Below are positions 8,175 to 15,478 of a DNA stretch of 51,040 nt, piece by piece. The notes beneath the pieces were generated by a model. It saw nothing but the letters and a program-made list of their open reading frames with translations. It was not told where the DNA came from and ran no database searches. The position numbers were made by a program, and so were the translations under genes. This DNA is from a virus. Its lineage: Duplodnaviria; Caudoviricetes. Where the stretch lies: IMG/VR virus record IMGVR_UViG_3300037424_001249, positions 1 to 51,040 of that record. One strand, written 5' to 3'. The first letter of the stretch is position 1. Every line of letters begins with the position of its first letter.

Positions 8175-8236
8175 TACTTAATCTCGTTGGACGGGCCTGT
8201 CAAGGGCTTGCGTAACTGCCCGTCCGAGCGTATCTA
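8175..8236. promoter_or_regulatory. back-to-back sigma70-type promoters for orn (-) and primase (+)
   Basis: Minus: TTGACA-N17-TAAGTA-N6-ATG; plus: TTGCGT-N17-TATCTA-N6-GTG. Confidence 0.6.
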
Positions 8237-8242
8237 TTCCAA

Positions 8243-10714
8243 GTGCCTCAAGACTCTCTCGCTAGCTCCCCCGGGTTCGGTACGCGCGGACCGACGGGCA
8301 TAACCCGGGGTGAGCTAGCCCTTTTCCCCGTCACCTGGATTGTCGACGGGGCCTGTTCTTGCGGCAAATCCGACTGCGCGAGCCCTGGGAAACACCCCCT
8401 GGTTTCCGGTGGGTGCAAAGCCGCTACTACTGACGCCAAACAGATCGCAGAGTGGCAGCAAAGATGGCCTGACTGTAATTGGGGCGTGGCCACGGGTTCC
8501 AGCTTGGTTGTAATTGACCTGGATCGCAAACGCGGGGTCGACGGAGTTTCTGCGTTTCGGGCGCTCGCTCGAGAGCACGGGGGGGAGTTGCCGGCCACCT
8601 ACTCCGTGTTGACCGGGGGAGGGGGAGCTCACCTCTACCTGAGGACCTCAGTGCCGATCGCCTGCTCAGTCGGCAAGGTGGCCCCAGGAATCGACGTGCG
8701 AGGGGAGGGGGGCTACGTCATGGCCCCAGGGTCGGATCACGTGTCGGGGCGGTCCTATGAGGTCGCGCGAGATTTGCCGATCGCGGACATGCCCGCGTGG
8801 CTCGAGACTTTGTTGACGCCAGCAGTGACACCACAAGTCCAGTCGCCCACAGAACGAACCAACTTTGGCCCCGCGTCCCCTGAGGTACTGTCGCTTGCTC
8901 GCGCGGCACTGATCGAGTCAGGGCCCGCGGTCCAAGGTAGTGGGGGAGACGATCACACGTTCTGGGTTGGGGCGATGATGAGGCACAATTTCGCCTTGAC
9001 AGAGGCCGAAGCCCTGCCGCTGTTTCGGGAGTGGAACCTCACCTGCAAACCACCGTGGTCTGAGGCCGGACTACTCGCCAAGCTCCGAGGGGGCGCGAAA
9101 TACGCCAAAGGCAAGTTTGGTGATCGCCGTCAAGTCGATGTGTTGACTCAGGTCATGGCGCTGCTTGACGCGTATGCCCAGGGTGGTCAAGACAAAACGC
9201 GGCTACCAGAGTTAACAGCTAAAATCAATCAAATAATCGCCACAGGAATTCCTCAAGCCACGTGGGCTGTGATCAACCACGAAATCAAAATTGCTACAAC
9301 GCTCACGGCTAAGGCACTGGGGATCGGGAAACCGAACGCATTGAAGGCCGCGGGTGAGGCCCGAGTTGCAGCAAACCCGGGGGGAGTCATTGACCCCGAG
9401 TACTACGACAAGCAAGCCCTAGCCGTTCTGGACCCAACGCGCGATGAAGCCGGAATCCCCCTGTTGGCGAGGTGGGGCGAAGATTTCTGGAAATTCAACG
9501 GTGCATATTATGCGCCCGTTTCGTCCGAACACATTGACGTAGCGTCACGCAAGTGGCTCGGAGGAAAACTTGATACGAAGGGCGACGAAGTCAAGGCATG
9601 CAGCCATCACGTTGACGAGATTCGGAAGGCCTTGATCGGCCAAATCACTGTGACCGGAGGGGTTGCCCCAGCTTGGCGATCGGACGAACCATTCCCAGCG
9701 AACGAGGCGATCTGCTTCGCCAACGGTGTCCTGAGGCTCACCCCGCGCACCTGGTTGCCCGGCCCGAGACGGGATTTATTCTCTCTGAGCTCCACGTCGT
9801 TCGGATTCGACCCTGACGCACCAACACCCGCGAGATGGTTGGCGTTTCTCAACCAGATTTGGCCAAACGATCCTGAGGCGATTTCGACCCTGCAAGAGAT
9901 CTTCGGACTCATGCTCACAACTGATACGAGCTTTCAGAAGATCTTCATGGTGATCGGCCCTCGGAGGTCAGGCAAAGGGACGATCGCCAGGGTCCTGACC
10001 GAGTTGGTTGGGCAAACCGGAGTCTGTCACCCGACACTCGGGGGCTTGGGCCAGCACTTCGGACTTCAAGGCCTGATCGGCAAGCAACTGGCGGTAATTT
10101 CTGACGCACGCCTGTCAGCCAAGTCTGACGTGAGTCAAGCGACGGAAGCCCTACTGCGAATTTCTGGTGAGGACGGAATTTCAATCCCGCGCAAAAATCG
10201 TGAGGACGTCGCACTCAAGCTCAATGTGCGCTTTCTCCTACTCACGAACGAACTTCCATACTTGTACGACTCGGCGGGAGCGCTCGCGGCGCGATTCGTG
10301 ATCCTGCAAATGGCTCACTCGTTCTTGGGCCAAGAGACTCTTGATCTCACGCGACGCCTACTGACAGAACTTCCGGGCATTGCCCTGTGGGCACTCGAGG
10401 GGCTTGAGCGACTCTACTCGAGGGGCAGGTTGGTTCAACCCGCGAGCGGGAAACAGGCCATGGTAGAGCTTGAAGAAATCACGAGTCCAATCAAGGCTTT
10501 CGTCGAAGACAAGTGCGTCATCGGCCCGGGCATCTCATGTGCTGCCACTGAAATCTATCAGGCGTGGTGTGAGTGGTGCGCGCAATCGGGGCGCAAAGAA
10601 ACTGGCACGGTCCAGATCCTGGGGCGCAACCTCAAGGCCGCGTTCCCCTCCGTCACCTCGGTCAGAGTGGGCGAGGGTGGCCAGCGCCGCTTCGGAGGGG
10701 TCAGGGTGCGCTAA
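8243..10714 (+). CDS. bifunctional primase-polymerase fused to D5/P4-type SF3 helicase
   Basis: CSCGKSDC..PGKHP, VIDLD, TGGGGAHLY, IDVRGEGGYVMAPGS; GPRRSGKGT Walker A; C-terminal winged helix. Confidence 0.92.
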   Translation: MPQDSLASSPGFGTRGPTGITRGELALFPVTWIVDGACSCGKSDCASPGKHPLVSGGCKAATTDAKQIAEWQQRWPDCNWGVATGSSLVVIDLDRKRGVDGVSAFRALAREHGGELPATYSVLTGGGGAHLYLRTSVPIACSVGKVAPGIDVRGEGGYVMAPGSDHVSGRSYEVARDLPIADMPAWLETLLTPAVTPQVQSPTERTNFGPASPEVLSLARAALIESGPAVQGSGGDDHTFWVGAMMRHNFALTEAEALPLFREWNLTCKPPWSEAGLLAKLRGGAKYAKGKFGDRRQVDVLTQVMALLDAYAQGGQDKTRLPELTAKINQIIATGIPQATWAVINHEIKIATTLTAKALGIGKPNALKAAGEARVAANPGGVIDPEYYDKQALAVLDPTRDEAGIPLLARWGEDFWKFNGAYYAPVSSEHIDVASRKWLGGKLDTKGDEVKACSHHVDEIRKALIGQITVTGGVAPAWRSDEPFPANEAICFANGVLRLTPRTWLPGPRRDLFSLSSTSFGFDPDAPTPARWLAFLNQIWPNDPEAISTLQEIFGLMLTTDTSFQKIFMVIGPRRSGKGTIARVLTELVGQTGVCHPTLGGLGQHFGLQGLIGKQLAVISDARLSAKSDVSQATEALLRISGEDGISIPRKNREDVALKLNVRFLLLTNELPYLYDSAGALAARFVILQMAHSFLGQETLDLTRRLLTELPGIALWALEGLERLYSRGRLVQPASGKQAMVELEEITSPIKAFVEDKCVIGPGISCAATEIYQAWCEWCAQSGRKETGTVQILGRNLKAAFPSVTSVRVGEGGQRRFGGVRVR

Positions 10715-10945
10715 CTACCGCATCTTGCCAGCGGTCCAACGGGCGGGTTCCTCAACCTCAAACCGGTAACCGTCAGACACCTTGGTCTGCGTTCCGTCAG
10801 TGAAAGACACCGTCACCTTGCGCGTGTGCCTGAAGTTCTCCGGCCCCTCGACTATGCTTGCGACAGTGCGGCAAAGGCCGTTGTTTCGGTTGAGCACCAC
10901 GTCGCCAGACTGAAGATGACCGCTGTAGATTCGAACCGTGTTCAT
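10715..10945 (-). CDS. small beta-barrel-like (SH3/KOW-like) hypothetical protein; first gene of cassette 5
   Basis: LQSGDVV...TVASI...VTVSFTDG; ATG 14 nt after the -12 GC. Confidence 0.6.
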   Translation of the reverse strand: MNTVRIYSGHLQSGDVVLNRNNGLCRTVASIVEGPENFRHTRKVTVSFTDGTQTKVSDGYRFEVEEPARWTAGKMR

Positions 10946-10959
10946 GTCTCTAACGTATT

Positions 10960-11053
10960 GCTATTCACGTGCCACGTCTAGAAACACGAAAACCCGTGCC
11001 TTTACGAGCGCACGGGATGGGTCATTCTCGGTCGGTGGGTGCCGATTATCGGA
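10960..11053 (-). promoter_or_regulatory. sigma54-type promoter plus upstream motif, cassette 5
   Basis: TGGCACGTGAATAGCA; motif at 11019. Confidence 0.78.
10985..11016 (-). terminator. putative intrinsic terminator inside the cassette 5 spacer
   Basis: Minus strand CCCGTGC-N10-GCACGGG followed by TTTTCGTGTTT. Confidence 0.5.
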
Positions 11054-11201
11054 CAGTCAACGCGACCCCGATCGCTTCCTTAGACTCCTTGAGTCCAAGA
11101 CCAGTGCGACTCCGGTAGGCCTTGATTGCGGAGATCTTCAGTCGGGGTGAAATCCGTTGTTCAACAATCGGGTGTACAGCGTGGGGTGAATTCCGCCGCA
11201 T
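11046..11201 (-). CDS. ribosomal protein bL12 C-terminal-domain-like peptide (possibly a fragment)
   Basis: Translated by hand: KISAIKAYRSRTGLGLKESKEAI. Confidence 0.55.
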   Translation of the reverse strand: MRRNSPHAVHPIVEQRISPRLKISAIKAYRSRTGLGLKESKEAIGVALTVR

Positions 11202-11329
11202 TCTGTCTTAGTGTAAATCAGGCGAAACAGTGCGTCCAAGACAGCCTTGCGCAACTCTACTCGTCCAAGGACTGCGCACAGGGTGTCAGTGGGCGCGCCC
11301 CTGATCTCTGCCTCGAGTCGAGGGTTCAC
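11138..11329 (-). CDS. hypothetical protein
   Basis: GTGA-coupled to the upstream ORF. Confidence 0.5.
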   Translation of the reverse strand: MNPRLEAEIRGAPTDTLCAVLGRVELRKAVLDALFRLIYTKTECGGIHPTLYTRLLNNGFHPD

Positions 11330-11502
11330 TGTGTCACCTTGAACACGGTTCCAGGGTACTCAAGACGAACCATTTGAATCATGCGACCCTTGACGGGGTA
11401 GGAAACCGTAACCGAGCCATCGGGGTGCACCTCCTTGACAGTGCCAGTGACCGAACCCGGGGAAGCGCGAACCTTGTCACCCACCTTGCAGTTGTTCTTC
11501 AT
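11326..11502 (-). CDS. KOW/SH3-like small protein (paralog A); first gene of cassette 6
   Basis: KVGDKVRAS..GTVKEVH..VSYPVKGR..RLEYPGTVFKV. Confidence 0.65.
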   Translation of the reverse strand: MKNNCKVGDKVRASPGSVTGTVKEVHPDGSVTVSYPVKGRMIQMVRLEYPGTVFKVTQ

Positions 11503-11515
11503 GTCTCTACCTATA

Positions 11516-11606
11516 GCATTCGACGTGCCACGTTTACTTGCCAGTGATTTCAAGACTTACGTCGTCAGACCATGGGTCACTCATCGTTGGTGGGTGCCGA
11601 TTATAG
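11516..11606 (-). promoter_or_regulatory. sigma54-type promoter plus upstream motif, cassette 6
   Basis: TGGCACGTCGAATGCT; motif at 11574. Confidence 0.78.
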
Positions 11607-11625
11607 GTCGGTGCTGCGGCATGAG

Positions 11626-11943
11626 TTATGCTAGCTCAAACTTCGCTTGCTTGTCGGCTTTAGTGAGCTTGCGCACACCGAAGACACGCCCCAGCATGCC
11701 CACGCTGTACGTGGCGACCTCCTTGTCGTGCATGCTCCATGTGCTCAGACGTTCCACTTCTGGCACTAGCATCCAGGTGGGTGCGTTGTGATTCCAGCTC
11801 ACCTTGGCTGTGCTGTCGCAGACCTTCAAGATCTCCACAGGATACTCGCAGACGGTGTCCAGGGTCGTATTGCCAAACTTGCGCGTGTGTCGATCGTACA
11901 GCGTCATGCTAACCCTGACCTTTTCAAACTTGATTGCCATCAT
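11626..11943 (-). CDS. hypothetical protein
   Basis: AAGGAG RBS; 105-aa ORF. Confidence 0.65.
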   Translation of the reverse strand: MMAIKFEKVRVSMTLYDRHTRKFGNTTLDTVCEYPVEILKVCDSTAKVSWNHNAPTWMLVPEVERLSTWSMHDKEVATYSVGMLGRVFGVRKLTKADKQAKFELA

Positions 11944-11982
11944 CTCTCCTTATATCGGGTTAAAACCGTTGTTCAGCAGTCG

Positions 11983-12192
11983 TCACAGCACTTTGAAAAC
12001 AGTACCTGGGAATTCCAGGCGCACGATCGGGTACGTGCGACCCTTGACAGGGTAGGACACCTCAAGGGCCTCCCACGCACTATTTTCGCCGTTGCGCCGG
12101 TGAACCTCCTTGACGGTGCCAATGACTGAATTGAGTGAGGCGCGAACCTTGTCACCAACTTTGATGTTTTTCATGTTTTTATCCTCAGTCAA
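11983..12192 (-). CDS. KOW/SH3-like small protein (paralog B; start may be 12174)
   Basis: Clear paralog of 11326-11502. Confidence 0.65.
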   Translation of the reverse strand: MTEDKNMKNIKVGDKVRASLNSVIGTVKEVHRRNGENSAWEALEVSYPVKGRTYPIVRLEFPGTVFKVL

Positions 12193-12427
12193 AAAAGTCG
12201 CTACCGTGTTTGGTGCAAATGTGCTCCCGGATGCCCTTGAGCAAGTCGTTGATATCGCTCACCTTGACCGTCTCAGCGGCCTGGCAACGGACAATCGAGA
12301 GCACAGCAGCCGACACCAGCGCGGCGCGGATAGGGCCGGTCAGGTAGCCCGTGACGGCCCCGTTTTTGAAGTCGACGGTGTAGATGTCCTTAGCGTGTGC
12401 TGCGACTTGTTTAGTTGACCAGCTCAT
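12185..12427 (-). CDS. hypothetical protein; first gene of cassette 7
   Basis: ATG 13 nt after the -12 GC. Confidence 0.6.
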   Translation of the reverse strand: MSWSTKQVAAHAKDIYTVDFKNGAVTGYLTGPIRAALVSAAVLSIVRCQAAETVKVSDINDLLKGIREHICTKHGSDFFD

Positions 12428-12440
12428 GTCTCTACCTATA

Positions 12441-12530
12441 GCACTCGACGTGCCACGTTTTCTGGCCAGTGATTCCAAGACTTACGTCTGTGGACCGTGG
12501 GTCATTTACCGTCAGTGGGTGCCGATTGTA
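12441..12530 (-). promoter_or_regulatory. sigma54-type promoter plus upstream motif, cassette 7
   Basis: TGGCACGTCGAGTGCT; motif at 12499; near-duplicate of cassette 6. Confidence 0.78.
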
Positions 12531-12700
12531 GTACAGTTTCGATTCCGCCTGGCTCGTACCACCCATGTGATCCCGTCAGGAAAGCACACCGACCACTGGT
12601 TGCGCGGGGCCTGGAAGCGCTCACGTTCGCCAGAGTCTCGAAACCAGTAGGTCACAGGTACGAGCCGCGGGAACGTGTCCTCAGGCGTTTCCACTGTCAC
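12512..12700 (-). CDS. hypothetical protein
   Basis: GTGA-coupled ORF. Confidence 0.45.
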   Translation of the reverse strand: MTVETPEDTFPRLVPVTYWFRDSGERERFQAPRNQWSVCFPDGITWVVRARRNRNCTTIGTH

Positions 12701-12963
12701 GTATTCTCGTGGCGCTCAAGCAAGTTGAGCCGAGCGGCGAGGTCCGCAGCCTCAGCCAGAGCAACACGGTAGGCGCAACGCTCAGTAGAGCCCACGTTGC
12801 AGTTTTCCCACAGCTTGACGATCGCGTTGACTCCTCGTGCGTGTGTGGAGATCATCTTGACGGACTCAACGCCAGGGTCAACCTCGAGGACTGCGACCCT
12901 ACGGTAGGTCCCCCAGCACGTCGCGGAGGGGGTGGTGGCTGCTGTCTGTACGATGTAGGGCAT
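12697..12963 (-). CDS. hypothetical protein
   Basis: AAAGGA RBS; 88-aa ORF. Confidence 0.6.
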   Translation of the reverse strand: MPYIVQTAATTPSATCWGTYRRVAVLEVDPGVESVKMISTHARGVNAIVKLWENCNVGSTERCAYRVALAEAADLAARLNLLERHENT

Positions 12964-13042
12964 TTCAGGATCCTTTCAGGACTCAGGCACAAGCTGCTTC
13001 AAAATTCGACTCGCGCTTCGTTGCTCACGTCTCTCACGTACT

Positions 13043-13132
13043 GCTATTCACGTGCCAGCTTGCCGGACGAATCGTTTTCAATAGTTGCGAACTTCGCCCA
13101 TGAGTCATTTTGCGTGGGTGGGTGCCGAATAT
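13043..13132 (-). promoter_or_regulatory. sigma54-type promoter plus upstream motif, cassette 8
   Basis: TGGCACGTGAATAGCA; GAGTCATTTTGCGTGGGTGGGTGCCGAAT at 13102. Confidence 0.75.
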
Positions 13133-13252
13133 GCGACAGATCCCAACGAAGCCACGGGTAACACACTGGGCAACGCCATGCTCCCGCGACAGTCTCCCAC
13201 AGCCCAGTGGGCTCGTGGGCAGGCCAACCACCGTATCCGCCGACACATGTGG

Positions 13253-13489
13253 TCACAGGATCTCCACAGTGCCAACGGCCTCTAGCACGTGCACCGCGCG
13301 GAGTGTCCACCGAACAGTACACGGCGTGTGTGGTAGCACTTTGCGCACATGTTGGCACACGACTTGATCACACGCACTTGTTGACTCCGGAAACGCGCTT
13401 CCCAGGGCTATGCTCAGGGTGCTGCGGCCCATGAGGCCTGGCCGCTTGATTGTGCACACAATTTCCCACTTTGGGCCGTTGAGACTCAT
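13253..13489 (-). CDS. hypothetical protein
   Basis: TAAGGAG RBS directly after the upstream stop. Confidence 0.55.
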   Translation of the reverse strand: MSLNGPKWEIVCTIKRPGLMGRSTLSIALGSAFPESTSACDQVVCQHVRKVLPHTPCTVRWTLRAVHVLEAVGTVEIL

Positions 13490-13500
13490 AGCTTAACTCC

Positions 13501-14286
13501 TTACCAATCTGGTCTTGGTTTCTTGATTATGATGCCAACATACGTCGGGTTCGCCGTCTTACGACACTTGACGTCCTTCTTGAGATCCCTCAAACCAAAG
13601 CGCGCGAACAACCTGAATTCGGCCCTGTCCTTGGGTGGTGGCTTGAGTTTGGTGTCTAGGTAGTCGGCATACAGATCGTCAAGCGTAACGCTTGCGTCTT
13701 TGAATCGGAAATCACAGTAGTGCGCCAGGTACAATCTAACACTCTCACGCGGACACCAGGCATGCTTAATCTTCGCCCCAATCAATTCCATGTTCGGACC
13801 TGGGGGGTCAGGCTCCCGAGGGCACAAACCATACCAATACCCTTGACACTTGTACATGTGCGATGTGCGCTTGTATCGGAACGAATACGACGCAGTTTCT
13901 CGAGAAAGCCGCTCCAAGATTCGGCCGAACTGGCTACGGTCCACAGGGCCGCTATCCCAACTGTGTTTCCAGAAATGGTCCCAAAGCTGGTTTAGGGTCG
14001 AGTAGGCCTCAGGACCGAACGAGCAAGCGCGCTCCAGGAAGGTCCTAACCCCGCCAGTTGCGTCGTACCCGCTTCGTGGAGGGAGCGGGTCAGGGTACTT
14101 GAGCGGAAATCCCTCTCGAGTCGTGAGTCCTGCCCTCCAACGAGATAGGTCCCACTCAGGATCGAACGGATCCATGCACAACGCCACAGGACCATACTTG
14201 AGGGGCTGTGGCCCGTACTGTGGCCCGATCGGCCCCTGGGGGGTATCTGGGCACGGTTCGAGTGGTTTGGGCTCGTCCTGGGGCAT
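13501..14286 (-). CDS. protein with two primase-C-terminal-like (D5/P4 alpha-type) winged-helix domains
   Basis: VRTFLERACSFG..LWDHF..QFGRIL..WYGL and VRLYLAHYCDF..LYADY..YVGI resemble the primase C-terminus IKAFVEDKCVIG..IYQAW..ILGRNL..FGGV. Confidence 0.6.
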   Translation of the reverse strand: MPQDEPKPLEPCPDTPQGPIGPQYGPQPLKYGPVALCMDPFDPEWDLSRWRAGLTTREGFPLKYPDPLPPRSGYDATGGVRTFLERACSFGPEAYSTLNQLWDHFWKHSWDSGPVDRSQFGRILERLSRETASYSFRYKRTSHMYKCQGYWYGLCPREPDPPGPNMELIGAKIKHAWCPRESVRLYLAHYCDFRFKDASVTLDDLYADYLDTKLKPPPKDRAEFRLFARFGLRDLKKDVKCRKTANPTYVGIIIKKPRPDW

Positions 14287-14365
14287 TTCTTAAGACTAAC
14301 AGCCGTGGGGTTGGTTGTCAAATCCAGGATTTTTAGATCGTAAGTGCGCGTAAACACACTAGCTA

Positions 14366-14715
14366 GCACTTGACCGAAGCTATCGAGCAGTCTCCTAAGG
14401 CATCGAAATCACTATAAGTGTTCAACCTAATTACACGTGGTTAGCGCTTGACCTACTTTCACCGCTCGATGCGATCGACTCTCGGGCGCTTGGCTACTAC
14501 GACAGAGATCTATTCTCTTGACACTGTAACACACATAATAGTTTCTACAGGTCGCGTCCCTCTGAGAATCGATCTCTGTCGTAGTAGCCAAGTGGCCGAG
14601 AGTGAGATCGATCGAGCAGGAAATATCGGTCAAGCGCTAAGTGCCTGATATTGTGTTGAACACTTATAGTGAATTCAATAGGTTAGAAGACTGCTCGATA
14701 GAGTTGGTCAAGTGC
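14366..14715. repeat. long imperfect inverted repeat (two ~152-bp arms, 46-bp loop)
   Basis: Perfectly complementary blocks CTTGGCTACTACGACAGAGATC (22), TCACTATAAGTGTTCAAC (18), TTAGCGCTTGACC (13), TATCGAGCAGTCT (13), GCACTTGACC (10). Confidence 0.92.
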
Positions 14716-14846
14716 GAGTTGATCTCAAATGATAGGAGATCAAGAGAACGATTGACCTAGGACGATAGCAAGTCAAGTCTTGATATGGAACGATAGTAGA
14801 TCAAGTGTGCTCTTGACTTCGTATCCTTGTAGATCAAGAGAAGAGC

Positions 14847-14859
14847 TAAGTTGTTGATT
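14847..14859. promoter_or_regulatory. IHF consensus site
   Basis: TAAGTTGTTGATT matches YAANNNNTTGATW. Confidence 0.5.
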
Positions 14860-14949
14860 TTTGGGAACTTTTTGGATCGTGACCATATGTGACCATACAT
14901 GCAACATATTGAAATTATTGGTTTGAGGGGGTACACCCCTCCATGGGCA

Positions 14950-15000
14950 TAGGTTCTTCCGGGGTGATCCCGGTCAAGCGGGTAACACGGACGCGCGTTC
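14950..15000 (+). other. candidate lambda-like cos (packaging) site
   Basis: AGGTTCTTCCGGGGTGATCC resembles lambda cosQ-cosN flank GGGTCCTTTCCGGTGATCC; lies upstream of the terminase genes. Confidence 0.4.
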
Positions 15001-15214
15001 TGAGCACATGTATGATATCTTGAACTGTATACAAGTGACGTACAGTGTCCTACATTGTAGCTGATCGACTTGTGTGCGCGCTGTGTTTCTTGATGTACAC
15101 AATCAGGCACTCCTAAGGTTACAACTGGTGCACACCCTCAGCACGATCGCACCGTCTTGACACCTTATGAAGCACCATAGTAGATACCAAATAGGCACCA
15201 ACCAGGAGAGCAAC

Positions 15215-15478
15215 GTGGCACTAACGGACGAAGAAGCACTGTTGTTTGGCCAACCCAGTGCCAAGGAAGATAACGCGTCTGCACCGATAAGTGACGAAGC
15301 CACTTCACCGGCAGTCACCGCCGAGTCACCTAGTAGGCGCTACCCTGTTCCTTTGTCTGACACGCTCCGGCAAAGTTTGCGCGCACTGGCCAAGGCGAAC
15401 CACCAGCCTATGTGGTTCACTATCGTGAAGCTACTTGAAACAGGCGTTGTAGCCAGACACGGAAAGGGGCCGATGTGA
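15215..15478 (+). CDS. ribbon-helix-helix (Arc-like) DNA-binding protein
   Basis: AGGAG RBS and GTG start; RRYPVPLSDTLRQSLRALAKANHQPMWFTIVKLLE. Confidence 0.6.
   Translation: MALTDEEALLFGQPSAKEDNASAPISDEATSPAVTAESPSRRYPVPLSDTLRQSLRALAKANHQPMWFTIVKLLETGVVARHGKGPM

Noticed and set aside
14366-14715. Protelomerase target (telRL) or retron msr-msd
   Set aside because: The palindrome has a 46-bp non-palindromic centre, and no protelomerase or reverse transcriptase ORF is recognisable.
14427-15110. ORFs in the AT-rich intergenic region
   Set aside because: They lack RBSs and recognisable motifs, and the opposite-strand peptide similarity simply reflects the inverted repeat.
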